64,000 nucleotides of DNA from Euprymna scolopes. Taxonomy: Eukaryota. Under the pieces are notes generated by a model, which was not told where the DNA came from, did no database searches, and was given only the letters and a program-made list of their open reading frames with translations. Below, piece after piece: positions 14,550 to 27,098 of the stretch. Numbering within the stretch: position 1 is the first letter of the stretch; each line of letters begins with the position of its first letter. The position numbers and the translations under genes were made by a program. Location of the stretch: assembly GCA_053919585.1 (NCBI GenBank), contig CM132796.1. The stretch is one strand, 5' to 3'.

Positions 14550-16473
14550 GTCATCATACAACAACGAATAAAATATATGTTTGGATGGATGAATAACGTG
14601 TACAGAAATGTTCATTTCAACTTGCCGACATTTAGCATGCGTAAACTAATCATAGCTAAAAGTGGTCTAATCTTATAACTTTCTTATCTGTTAAGTTAGC
14701 TCAAACGGTAGTGAACGTAGCTGAAGCACTAAATGTTTTGGTTGCGATTCTAGCTGATGGCACCCAAGTCATTTTTTCTAAAAACTTTGAAATCAGTACT
14801 GTATAAATATCCAATAGAGATTTGGCGGTGTAATAATAAATGCCAAATCTGCATGAATTAAAATGCTGCTCGTATTGAAAAAAAAAATGAAGCTATAAAC
14901 AGTTCCAGTGTAATATTATCAAAAGCAACAACTTGGATATTAATATCTGGATAGATAAGAACGTTTAAATCATTCTCAATCAGATCCAATGAAACAACAA
15001 TAACTTGCAGGATGCGATGGTTTTGTTGCATAAGAATTCTTGAAACATCTATAAAGTTATTTATCCGCCTTGGCAGGATGATGCGACACAAAAGTTGAAA
15101 TCCTAGAAGAAGAGCACTCTGGCCTGAAAAAAAAATAGTGCCTGGAAAACTTCATCAGCATTCTTAGTTGGGGCGCCTCAGGCGATTAGTAATAAATTAA
15201 GCTTTTTCTCAAAGAGAGAAGACAAAGCCTGGGAAAATGGGCCTCCTTGAACTACACAGGATCAAAGACATACCTCAGTTCACAGGAAACAAGCCACTTG
15301 ATAGCTGTCATCCACTTTGTCTATTTATCCGTTTCTTGGAAATGATAGAGCTGATCTAGCTCAAATTTTGCATGGACCTTTGTTATGAAAAAGTGCAGCG
15401 AACTAAGTATTATGATATATGTTCGATGCTCAATTAGGGATTAATAAGGATTATTCACAACAGTAAGACATTTATTTTAGATTTTTTTTTTTTTTTAATT
15501 ACTGGGCCGATCTGGCTGGAATTTTTATGAACCTTTGTTATGATAAGGTGCAGCCAACTAAGTATTATGGTATCCGTTCAATGCACAGTTAAGAATTAAT
15601 AGGGATTTGGATTTAATGCAAAAATGAGCACAAATTTAACCATACCCAACCATCAATTTGGCATAAAGCAACCATTCTAAGTCAACGGGCTATAACGTTT
15701 GTAATAGGTTAAAAAGTCTAGTCTTTCACATTTGTTTAATCACGCAGCATACATGTTGTTAACAGTTGTCAAATTTGAACTGATTGCTTTGATGCAACTT
15801 CAGTTTGATCTGTTTGTTTTAAATCATCTTAATTAATAGGAAAGATAAAGATTTTCTTTGGCAGATATTTATGAGCTTTTATATTTGAACTTTATGATGG
15901 CAATCTCATAAGTGATGCGTTGGATGGTTTCCAGCAAATTAAGTAATGCACTGATTTTCTAAAACTGCAAACTCACGAGGTTCAGTGTGGTGATAGGCAG
16001 TACTTGATCCCTTTACCCGGCTTTTCTCTCGTTTCTTAATTCTGCTGGGCTACTTTCTTTACGTCTTATCAAAAGTATGGCAAGGAGAAAATACATGTTT
16101 AGTTACTGATAATCTGACGTGCATCCATACAAACAGGCTCGCATACACACGCAGAATCAGCATACACACTAAAAATATCATGAATTAAGATAGATTTTGC
16201 ATTATTTCCGTCGTTCGAACACTCTGGATTGTCTAATGTCTGCGTCAGAATTGTGTGTTTATTAGTTATTAATTACCTTCATCCTCGAGGCATTGGTTTG
16301 GTGACTCAGAGGTAGAGGCTTAGCAAATGGAATCAAGGGTGACTTTTAGGCTGTGTTCCAATCTCCCGACCGACATAAATCGTCATCCTACATTGATGAT
16401 TTCGTAAGCATGACACGTTCGTGTCTGTAGATATAATAAAGACATGTCATATATATATATATATATATATATA

Positions 16474-16539
16474 TAGTAAGTTATAAAAATATATATGGCA
16501 ATTAAGCTTAATTGCAATATATATTTTTGTAACATACTA
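16474..16539. repeat. Near-perfect 66-bp palindrome abutting a (TA)n tract
   Basis: Centred on AAGCTT (16504-16509); 33-bp arms with 3 mismatches. Confidence 0.9.
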
Positions 16540-16646
16540 CCTAGCTCTACCTATGTATTGAGCACTGTTGAAGTAAATACTTAAAGTTTACGCATAAAAT
16601 TATACTTTCGTATATTAATTTATGTGATTAAATGAATAATAATATA

Positions 16647-17363
16647 CTAGTAAGGAGACCGGACTTTTTCCAAGGTTGAATGAAGATCAACAAATCTTCC
16701 ACCTTCCCATACTTTTATTGTCATCAAATGCTTAACAAATAATTATTATTTATTACGAGCATGGATACCCGACATTTTCCGGGATTGAATGAGGATCAAC
16801 AAATGTTCCACTCGCCCATACTTTTATTGTCATTGAATCAGTGAAATTGCCCATTTTAATCAACTGCTCTAGTTAGAGAGCCCTCCCTACTGCAGTGTAC
16901 CGGGAAGAAACCTCATATGCTTCCAGCATTTACTTAGTCCACAATACATTGTAGTGTACATTGCACTGTAGAGAATATACTGTTGATTTTATAAAAGTCA
17001 AGTATCATGGTTCAATTGTGCTAAAAAAAAAAATCCTGTCTCATCACAGAATCTAAAGTTGATTTTATAAGTTGGGCCTTTCTACTTGTGTGGTGATAGA
17101 ACTTCTCAAATGCACTTGTGGTGTTAGGTTGTACAAAAGTGTTAACTTTGGTCAAAATCGCAATTCCTTCTTTAATCAGATTTTTTCGATTATCGATTTT
17201 CAATGCTTATCGGCGGCATTCTGATACAAAATATATGTAAGAACACTCCCATACACATCGTGTGAAATTAAAAAAAAGTCGGCCCAGCCGTTTCCGAGTT
17301 CACAGGAAACGAAGTCACACAGATACGCACACACAAAGTTCCTTTTATATAATTGTAGATAGA
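16647..17363 (-). mobile_element. Non-autonomous Helitron (family A) with duplicated 3' segment
   Basis: CTAG terminus at 16647-16650. The 3' module is repeated at ~16655-16725 and ~16765-16835. 5' TC...TATATAAAAGG end at ~17363. Collinear with 12587-13381. Confidence 0.75.
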
Positions 17364-17805
17364 TATATTCCATGCAAAAATAATTATACACGAAAACAAA
17401 GAATTTAATTAAATTAATTTGAATCAACTTAAATGTAGTATTTTGTCTAAATACATTGATTCATAATAGCTTAAATTAATTCTAACAAACATATAAAGAA
17501 CAAAAGCAAAAAAATAGCGGTGTATAATCTAATTAAGGTTTACTGGTATAATCTTAGATTAAATTATCTTAAATAATCTTACCCAACAAATGAAATAACT
17601 AATTTTTATCTCTATCATTATATGAAAGGAATTTTGTCTGTGTGTCCTTAATAAATTCATTTCATTTCTAGAGACTAAAGACTAGCAATAGATGCAGTAT
17701 TTATTTGCTTCCCTACGGGAGCAAATTAGACACAAGGTCGTTTTTTAATGCCGAGTGAGGGAGGAGCCAGTTCCCCCCAAGGGGACACTCTGGCAGGCTC
17801 CAAAT

Positions 17806-18356
17806 CTATATAAAAGCCAAGTACGTCCAAGGATGGAATACTGCTGCCATATCTGGGCAGGAGTTGCTAAAAATAGCCTATCCTGCCTTGACAGAATACA
17901 AAATAGACTTCATGGCTTAGTGGGGGATGCCCTTTTTTCTACCCTGCAACCTCTCTCCCACAGAAGAGACGTTGCGAGCCTATCCTTGTTTTATCGTTAT
18001 TTCCATGGCAGGTGCTCGTCTGAACTCCAATCTCTGGTCCCCCCTCGCCAATCTTTCATGAAAAACACCCGTCTAGCTGAATCCACTATGAAAAAAAATT
18101 TCCCCCACTCTTTATCTGTGCCTAAATCAAAACGTGGATTCCATGAACAAAGCTTCTTTCTTAGAACTGCACGCCTGTGGAACTCTGTTCCGTCTGCCTG
18201 CTTCCCACCTGACTACAACTTGGATGTTCCTAATGAACCGCCCCCTTAAGTAAACACTTCATCAAATCTCCAAACTAACGTAATGTACTTGCAATAACCC
18301 TTATCCCTGAGTGGCTTCCGAGCCTTGATAAGTGGTGACCACTGTGTAAAAAAATA
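17806..18356 (+). mobile_element. 5'-truncated CR1-group (CR1/L2-like) LINE, RT C-terminus and 3' tail
   Basis: ORF 17755-18249 YKSQVRPRMEYCCHIWAG...LQPLSHRRDVASLSLFYRYFHGRCSSEL...SFFLRTARLWNS. Tail hairpin CTTATC...GATAAG followed by an A-rich end. Confidence 0.9.
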
Positions 18357-18745
18357 AATAAATAAGTAAATAAATAGCAATTGTCTGATATAAAGGGTTT
18401 CCCTCATATTGATCAAAACTGATTGCTTCAAAAGTAATTGTTTGAGATGAAGGGTTGCTCCCACATTGACCCAAACTGGTTACTTTTGAGTGCAGCATCT
18501 GAAGAACAGATACTACACTTTGAGGTATTAAATCTTTTATTCAAGCTAAAATTACAATGTAAGTTCAAACTGAACAAAAAACTTAGGCAGAAGGCCAACC
18601 CAAAAAGGGGAAAATGGGGGTCGTTGGTCATCCTTGTCACTCCTGAACTAAACAAAAGTTTCTCTTAGCTAATATCTTCTTCCACCATAATACCGCATTC
18701 ACCCTTTTGTACTGGGGGACGTCCTACTGAGAACCTGTTTAAAAC

Positions 18746-20130
18746 ATTTTTTATTTACGTGTAAAAACAAAAAAAGATAACAATAATAATGATACAATAA
18801 TTCATTTGTGTCAAGGTGGGGAAAGAAAAAATACAAAAATGGTTAGTAGGACCCTCCCAACCCGGTCTAGTTGAGAGACCGCCCGTTCCATTACCGGTTT
18901 GTAAAGGAACCTGAACTCCTACGGGGGAGTCTCTAAGTGGAGGTGCCTTCTAGATGGAACAAAATGTAGAAAAGAAAAATTGTTGGGTGAGAAGGAGAGT
19001 GTTAGTGATTGATTTCTTTCTCTTCAAGATGGATGAAATTTAGAGGGAGGGATGAAAAGAAAAATTGCAGTTAGGAGGAGGTGGGGATCTTGGAGGCTTC
19101 CTAGTTAGCTAGCTAAGAGGCTAAAAATTGGTTACACTTGACGGAACTGCGTGTTCCACACCTAGGCAGGGAACACATATTCAAATTTGGCTCCTTTTCG
19201 TACACACAGACTTGCTATATGTATCTATCTTCTATCAAATACCGTGCAATGCAGCCTCTTTCTATCACATCTAATCTTCATCCGTAGTTGGTGTTTAAAG
19301 AATGCGATCAGATCAGAAAAAGACCCCCCCCCCTCGGCTACCTTGCAGTTTAATAACCATTCTTGCCACGGCCTGGATCATAATGTAGGCCATTTGTCTT
19401 TCCTAGTCCCACGGCGGTCTCACGTTGTCAACGACATTGGATACAGTAATCAGGCAGGATGCTCAGGATCGATGCGAGCCGTCACCTCACCAACATACGA
19501 CCAGTACCGGTGGAGTTCATGGCAATCAAAGAAAGCATGATCAGTTGTTTCTACGGCCGTTGTTCCACAACGGGGACAATCAGGCTACTCCAAAAAACCG
19601 AAACTGCATTGTATGTTGTTTAATGGAAGTGCATTTCGGGCCAATCGCCAGGTCAGAGAGAACTCTGAATTGTTCAGATGACTTGAACCCGGCGCCCAAC
19701 TCCATGCGGAGCAGATCTCACTCTGCTGCCAACCCAAATGCGCACATAGCGGTTCGTCGGCGGCCTCCCTCACTAGATCCTTGTGAAGTTCCCTATGGGT
19801 AGCAGTCACAAGGTCGCTTGACCTTGGTAGTCATTTTAGCGTGGCTCGGCACTCTTTTAGGAAGGCAGATTCTCCCTGTGGCTTGCGTCAGCTCTTGGCA
19901 GAGGGGTCGTGAATGAGGTCGGGAAAGGCGGCAGTAACCGCGAGGTGCCACGGTTGATCATCTTGCATATAGTGGTTCAGGAAGGCCAGCCTCTCAGCAT
20001 CTTGATGAAACTTCAAGTCCAGCATTCCCAAGCTTCCTTCATATGGACATTGAATATAAACCTGTCTGCTCACCCAGTGTCTTCCTTTGTCCCAAAGAAG
20101 CGAGGACAAGAGTTCGACTGATCTTGTCTC
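18746..20130 (-). mobile_element. 5'-truncated L1/Tx1-clade LINE: ORF2 C-terminus, 3' UTR, A-rich tail
   Basis: Minus ORFs LLWDKGRHWVSR...EGSLGMLDL...AERLAFL and SLTWRLARNALPL, then CPRC...ETTDHAFFDC (zinc-binding C-terminal motif). AATAAA/A-rich end near 18746. Confidence 0.8.
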
Positions 20131-20136
20131 CCTAGC

Positions 20137-20370
20137 TAAAAAGGAGCTGTAGATGCACCAGCATAAATATGGCCATAATATTCCATGCATGAACGAATGG
20201 TGGCTTCGTAGAGGTACAGGATACTCTCAGGTGTAAGTAATCTTCTAGCTGCATAGAGGGAACCCATCTTCTTTGCAGCAGCCTTCGCAATGTCCTCAAT
20301 GTATTTGTTCAAGTTCATATTTCCTTTGAATGTTAAGCTAAGGAGTTTGAAGGAAGAACTCCTAGGTAGT
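20137..20370 (-). mobile_element. CR1-group LINE RT fragment
   Basis: ORF 20136-20318 YIEDIAKAAAKKMGSL...LYLYEATIRSCMEYYGHIYAGA. Confidence 0.8.
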
Positions 20371-20529
20371 GTTATTTGATGGTTAAGATATTGCTAGCAT
20401 TCATTGAACAATTTCTTAATGTAATTTAATACTTATATACAAGACATGGCCACGTCTTAAGAGAAGAGCTACCACATAAGTGGAGGTGTCCTGCAGAGCA
20501 CTCTTTTCTGCCTTGATAGATTACAAAAT

Positions 20530-20860
20530 TGACTTATCTGATCGACTGAGCTCCAACTTCTAGTTCCTCCTTGTAATACATTTATTGCAAGAACTTGTCT
20601 TCTACCACAAAGGTAAAGACTTCTTTTTTTCTCTCTCCATGTGCCTAATGTCAGACAAAATTTCCATGAGCAGAGCAAGGCCTTTCCATCTATAGAACAC
20701 ATTATTGCGGAACTGCTTCCCTGCAGAGTATATCATGATCGTCTTCAAATCTGATATCAACAAATAACCGTCCCATAGATGATCAAACTTAGTTCATACA
20801 ACTGATTGCTCCTCATCTTTCGACTTTCCATCTCATTAACCTTTATAAAAACTTTTAAAT
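20530..20860 (+). mobile_element. Degraded CR1-group LINE 3' fragment (similar fragments at ~22300-22680 and ~22780-23170)
   Basis: Contains GAGCTCCAA (ELQ), TTCCATGAGCAGAG (FHEQS) and CTTCAAATCTGATATCAACAAA, matching the 3' part of the better preserved CR1 copies. Confidence 0.6.
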
Positions 20861-22779
20861 AAAAAAAAATAAAAATAAATTTGGATAAGTCTATTTTATT
20901 TTGTTTATGGGGTCTACATTCGCACCAGACATCCATAAAAAACACAAAGCAGCTTTTTAATTTTATTGTATTTTATTTTTTAGGCACCAACAAGCACCAA
21001 CATTCTCAAACTACATTAAACAGATTTTTTCTCATTTTTACTTATTTTGTTTCATGATTTTTAAAAGTAAGTTTTTGTCATATGAGTTTTGAGATGAGGT
21101 AGAGAGACACTTTTACACACAAAAAAAGAGTGGATTGATCTTTTCTCTTCTCAACAGCTGTAAGACTATGACGTCTTCCCCAAAGTGTTAGGAAGTGACC
21201 CCTCCCCCCCAAAAAGAGGAAAACAATAACAATAGGAATAAATAGATTATTGACACAGCGGGTAAAAGTTAGGGATTTAGGAAGTGAGGTTAGCAGAAAG
21301 ACAATATGGTGAGGTGGTTTATCAGGGCACACAAAAGCGGTCGGAAATAGAATGGTTAATTAAAATGTGATGTTGGCCGTGTAGGGAAAATCGTAACTAA
21401 CTTGAATAGCACATGCCTGTGTGCGTGCTTTGTAGGGTTCAATGGCTTGACAAGAAAAAAATGGCAACTCACAGTTGCTTTTGTACTTGACGACCATGCA
21501 TGAGTAACACAGCCTCTCACCGTTTCTCTGCATATGAGACAATACCAGGGGGACTGTGGAGAGAAGGGGAGGTTGAGTTGTAAGAAGGCGTGTTATGGAG
21601 ACAGACACGTGCAAGAGTCTGTTTAAGACGATTAGAAATACCGTGTGCAGAAAAGATCAAAACTTTATTGAAACTAACTTTCAAACTAAAAGCTATTTCG
21701 GTTATATATTACCCTTCGACCATGGAGGGCAAGATTTTTTATGTCGGACTGATTGAGTAGTTTAGTGGTGTTGCGACTGATGAATATTGAGTGCATCCTG
21801 CCATTGAGATTGCGAGGTGGAGCTTTGGCCATATGCATGCAACTTAGTAACGAGCAAAAAAAAACAAAAAAAAAACAAAAAAAAAACAGAACAGATAAAG
21901 CTGGCACTCATAACTGCATATGCTATTAATACATTTAATGCATAGTTGTTCGTCGCATGACAACTATACCCAGATGATAAATGAGCTTTTTTTGCTGAGC
22001 TGCGATGCCTGGCTCAGTTGGTTGGGGGACCATTGCTTGAATGTTGATTAACATGCGCATACATCTCTGGACTACCGCAACACGTTAAACATCTACTATG
22101 TGTCTCATCCAGGATGGAAACAATGAGTGCGGAACAACTGTTGTCTTTCAAACTAAAGACCGGAACAAAAGAGGCAAACAAATTTAGAGTTGGTTTGTGG
22201 AAGTATGTAATGGGAGCGAATTTTGCAGACTGTCAGTTGACAGCAGATTCTAACTTCACACAGCTTCTTTTTTACAAAAACGTTGTGCGACTCTCTCTCT
22301 CTACTCTATCATTATTTTCATGCCATGTGCTCGACTGAGCTCCAATCTCTGTTAACTCATTGCGAGACATTCATAGCAAAAATTCCTCTTGCTATTACGA
22401 GGGAATTTCTTTCTCCATGTGTTTAAGGTCCAGTGGAATTTCCATGGGCAGAGTTGTTTTTTTTTGCAAATGCTTTGAAACGCATTACCATTGAACTACT
22501 TCCTTGCAGATCATAATATGATCGTCTTCAAATCCAATGTCAACAAATATTTGTCATAAACTGGTCTTTAAGTAATCAAGCCTATTTCATAGCATTAATT
22601 GTTTCTCATATTTCGGCAGACAATCTTTCCATTTCATCTAACCCTTATCAAATTACTCAATAGTAAATAAATAAAAATAAATTTGGATTAGTATATTTCA
22701 CTCTGATGAAACTAATATCATGGTGTCTGTGTTCACAACAGACATTTTCTCTGCTCTATCGTTACTTTTATGGCAGGTT

Positions 22780-23170
22780 TCCTACTGAGTTCTAATCTAT
22801 ATCACCCCCTCTTCCCCTGAAAACGTTTGCAACAAATATTCGTCCAGTTACAACAACTGTCAACAACTTCCCTCACTATATATCTGTCTCTAAAACTGAA
22901 GTAAATTTCCATGAACAGAGTTTCTTTCTTAGAACTGGCCATCTATAGAACACAATATTGCGGGGCTACTTCCCAGCTTACTATGACATGGTCATTTTAA
23001 AATCTAATGTAAATAAGTTCTTGTCACGCTGTCCTCTTAAATAATCAAACCGTACCCAAGTTCCACCATTATTGATCATGTTGTCTCACCGTGTACGTAA
23101 CACTTGTTAACGATTATCCTAGAGGAGCATCTGAGCCTTGATAAGCGGTGATTCCTCTAAGTAAAAAACA
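22780..23170 (+). mobile_element. Degraded CR1-group LINE 3' end with tail
   Basis: TTCCATGAACAGAGTTTC...CTTAGAACTG and tail GAGCCTTGATAAGCGGTGA plus A-run, as in the other copies. Confidence 0.65.
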
Positions 23171-23611
23171 AAACGTCTATAAAAACAAAACAAAAACAAG
23201 TTTCCAAAAATTTTATTTCACCTATTTTTTTTTTTTTAAATAAGATTTACATGTTCCAAACGAGCCATTTTTTTTTTTTTTTTAAATAAATGAACTGTTT
23301 TCTTAAAATCATTCCAATGCAAACAATCCATTTTGAAGATTTCTTTGTATTTTCTAAAATAATCTTGGAATGTTATTTCTTCGTCTGGATTCCATGGAGA
23401 ATTCACTAATTGGGTTAGCAACAACATCTGGAGTAAATAAATCTAACCTTTTTTTTCTCCGACATTTTCTTTCAATAATAATCCTCAGAATTTCTGTTTG
23501 TGTGTGCGTGCGTGTGTGTGTGTGTTTATATTTCTACCATTTTAATCGCAACAGTAGGTTTTTTTTTTAATATTTCAGTAGTGAATGTTTCGTAGTTGAT
23601 TCATGCTAGCT

Positions 23612-24131
23612 ATTCATCATTTTTTTAAAACTCAAAAGTGTTAAAGAGTTACGAAGACGGGGATGGTACTTCAAAACGATCGACCTTCTGTGCTACAGAA
23701 TTTTTTTTCTACATAGTCAACGCCATTCTCAACGCACTTTTGCCTGCGATGAACAAGGGCGCCCGAAACACGTTTTTTCATACAATGCTCGTTCCAAAGT
23801 AAAGCTTCCTATTTTTTTTAAATCAAAAAGTTGAAGAGCTACGAAGACAAGAATGCTACCATTAAAACGAGCGACATTTGGAGCCCCAGAATTTATTTTT
23901 CTACATTTTTCTCAATGCACTTTTCCCAGGAATTCATTGATGCATCTCTGCTTCTCATGCAGGGGATATTTTCTTAGAGTCTTACACCGTCAATATCTGC
24001 AACAGAGAGATGAAACTTTCAGGTCATGAGCGTATAAGATCAGTCATCATAACAATGCAATTTGCAATCCCCTCTGATCCATTCGGGCGGAATAAAAAAA
24101 ATAGAAAGCATCATTTTTGGAACGCCCCTCG
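23612..24131 (+). mobile_element. Mariner-derived non-autonomous element (MITE-like) with repeated ~200-bp module
   Basis: Two AAAGTT(G/A)AAGAG(C/T)TACGAAGAC modules. Right end TTTTTGGAACGCCCCTCG|TA is a mariner-type TIR plus TA. Homologous to 50769-55848 and 56368-56790. Confidence 0.65.
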
Positions 24132-24298
24132 TATATATTCTTTCTTTATAACTGCGTTAGTTCATGCGAAATCTCACCACTACTTTTTTGAAGTCACACA
24201 ATTGCAATCATCAGAATAACTGAATTGTAGTAAATAAGTTCTTGCTGAGCCGTTCCCCTTAAGTAATCCAATTTACCAAATTTATAATTCTAACGATT

Positions 24299-25107
24299 TT
24301 TTTTTACATAGGGGGTCACCACTTATCAAGGCCCAGGGGCTACTCGAGGATAAGGGTTAATGGATATAAATTTGTCATTGTGATTTTAGCGTAGTAAACA
24401 TTAGTGAGAATTTTATAACTTGGATTACTTAGGGGGACGGTTCAATAAGAAGACAATCAGATTGTAGTCAGCTGGAAAGCAGGCAAACGGAATAGAGTTC
24501 CACAGGCGAGCAGTTCTAAGAAAGAAGCCTTGTTCAGGTGTAGGCACAGATAAAGAGTGTGGGAAATTGTTGATAGTGGTTCTGGCTAGACGAGTGTTTT
24601 TAGTGAAAGTCTGGCGAGGGGGGGGGGACCATAGATTGAAGTTCAGATGAGCACCTGCCATGAAAATAACGATAAAGCAGGGACAGGCTCGCTACGTCTC
24701 TTCTGTGGGAAAGGGGTTGCAGGGAAGAGAAAAGGGCATCCTCTACAAAGCAACAAAGTTTATTTTGAACTCTGTCAAGGCAGGATAGGCTGCTTCTAGC
24801 AGCTCCTGCCCAGATGTGGCAACAGTACTCCATCGTTGGCCGAACATGGCTTTTATATATGTAGAGAATTGCATCAGGAGTTAGATATCTACTGGAGCGG
24901 TAGAAGGATCCCACCATTTTTCCAGCGTCCCTGGCAATAGATTTGATATACGTGTTCCATTTCAGATCGGGAGTAAAGGTCAATCCCAGAAGCTTGTCAA
25001 AACATGAAGCCTCCCCAAGATGAGAGCCATTCATTTCGATTGATGGCAGCTGGGCAGCAGAGCGTTGATGATGTAAAGATAGAAACTTGGTTTTAGATGC
25101 ATTTAAC
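24299..25107 (-). mobile_element. 5'-truncated CR1-group LINE
   Basis: ORFs 24600-25034 (KLLGLTFTPDLKWN...YKSHVRPTMEYCCHIWAGA) and 24425-24661. Conserved tail at 24299-24360. A second tail lies in the opposite orientation at 25142-25203. Confidence 0.9.
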
Positions 25108-25558
25108 TATGATATTGTCCTTTTGACCACTGTACACTTTTTAACCCTTATCCTTGAGTGGCCTCTGGACTTTGATAAGTGGTGATTTCCTTGTAAAAAA
25201 AAATTGCAGGACGTAAATAATATTTAATAGAAAAAAAAAGTCAACATTGATGAAAACAATGTAAAGAATAAGAATATTTTATATTCTACTAGTTTATAAT
25301 CGCAACCCAAACAGTGCTGGGTATATTACCTGGGTATGTCAATTTCCAGCTTTAAATAACGTTTAGTGTTTTATTGTAAGAACAGCGAAAAATATTTGCA
25401 AAAATTTCGTGGAAAAAAAAGTATATGCATGGGAGAGAAAGTAACTACGATGAATGCATTTACCTATTGTTTTTATTTGCGAAAAGTCATTAGAAATTAT
25501 ATTTTTTCAGCAAAAAAATAATTAGTTTCAAACAAATCAGGAATTTCTTTTATTGCAG

Positions 25559-25680
25559 ACTAGCAGGGAGAGGGACGTCTGACCTTGCCGGGTTGTAAAA
25601 TACGCTTAAATATATTTTGATTCATGCAGATTTCGTATTTATTATTGCAGAGCCAATTCTCTATTGAATATTATGTTGTA
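25559..25680 (-). mobile_element. Helitron family B 3' end fragment
   Basis: ACTAGCAG...GACCTTGCCGGGTTGTAAAATACGCTTAAATAT resembles the CTAG end at 45813. Confidence 0.5.
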
Positions 25681-25990
25681 CCTAATATATAGTAGTGATT
25701 TCCAAAATTAAAAAAAAATAATAACTTAAAATCACTTAAAATCGAAACTGAAACTTTAAGTATTCCAGTCGCGTTTCCTAGGTAAGAAAGACTTAATATT
25801 AAACGAGTTAAAGAAATGAATTGGATTTGGGCATGCGCAAAAGTAATAGAAATATGTCGGTAATTTGAAATGAACAAGGTTTTACGCATTAACACATGAT
25901 TGATGTATGATTACTATTTCCTGTTAATGTCAGTGTTATGTGACCAGTAGTTTAAGAGTTTATCAGTTAAATATTTACATACAGACAGAC

Positions 25991-25995
<5 letters not shown>

Positions 25996-26061
<66 letters not shown>

Positions 26062-26068
26062 TATATAG
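25996..26068. repeat. (TA)n microsatellite
   Basis: Direct reading. Confidence 0.95.
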
Positions 26069-26640
26069 ATTATATAAAAAGGTAACTAAGTTAAAAAAAA
26101 ATGTTTCTGCAACGTCATTTATGTTATTATGGCTTGGTAATTTCTTTAAATGTATAAAACATGTACCCAGTTGAAAATATTCCAGTCTTATGTGAGATTT
26201 GAACTCGGTTATTGACATCATAAAAACTACTGTCTCAGTAATGTGTACCTTGTTGATCACTTTCTTATCAACCAATCACATTTTTGTATCTGTGCACAAA
26301 CAAACTCTCTCAATAAAAAAACAAACAAACAAAAAAAACAAACAAAAAAACAAACAAACAAACGCCGCAACTCTTTTAACAGTACATCGATAGATTCTAA
26401 CGTTTTATCGAGGCTTAGGTGCTGGAGCAACTCCTCCAAAATCTTGAATATGTTGCATTATCATAGATAACGCGACGATGGAATATAAAGGGGAGAAGAA
26501 AACGACGATGAAATCTATTGAATTCACACACGCATACACACACACTCACACACACATACAGACACACACACATACACACTTACGCTCGCATACACACACA
26601 TCTATCTATGATTGTGTAGTCATGGTTTAAACCTTGACCC

Positions 26641-26704
26641 AAAAGTTTATCCATGCTGACGACGGCTGATAAGCTAGAAACACGCGTGTCCATGGATAAC
26701 TTTT
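26641..26704 (+). ncRNA. Type I hammerhead ribozyme motif with palindromic helix III
   Basis: Stem I TTATCCATG/CATGGATAA; core CTGACGA (26656-62); stem II GGCT-GATA-AGCT; GAAA (26677-80); helix III ACACGCGTGT; GTC cleavage triplet at 26688-26690. Confidence 0.75.
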
Positions 26705-26857
26705 ATGTACGTAAAAATAGTTAAATATTTAAATATTAAAAAAATAAATAAATGTTAATGAAAGGTGCGACGCATTTATATGAAGAACAAAGGACAGCTG
26801 ACTCTCTCATCGCTAAGATAGTAGAATTTAATAATAAAAAAGACAGCGTTTCAAACA

Positions 26858-27098
26858 NNNNNNNNNNNNNNNNNNNNNNNNNNNNNNNNNNNNNNNNNNN
26901 NNNNNNNNNNNNNNNNNNNNNNNNNNNNNNNNNNNNNNNNNNNNNNNNNNNNNNNNNNNNNNNNNNNNNNNNNNNNNNNNNNNNNNNNNNNNNNNNNNNN
27001 NNNNNNNNNNNNNNNNNNNNNNNNNNNNNNNNNNNNNNNNNNNNNNNNNNNNNNNNNNNNNNNNNNNNNNNNNNNNNNNNNNNNNNNNNNNNNNNNNN
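26858..27098. other. Assembly gap (241 N)
   Basis: Run of n. Confidence 1.

Noticed and set aside
17755-17805. Novel N-terminal extension on the CR1 ORF
   Set aside because: It is read-through from an unrelated adjacent repeat (~17700-17800) fused to a 5'-truncated LINE.
19888-20190. Chimeric CR1-L1/Tx1 gene
   Set aside because: The ORF only crosses the junction of two truncated, degraded LINE fragments, and the CR1 part is out of its coding frame.
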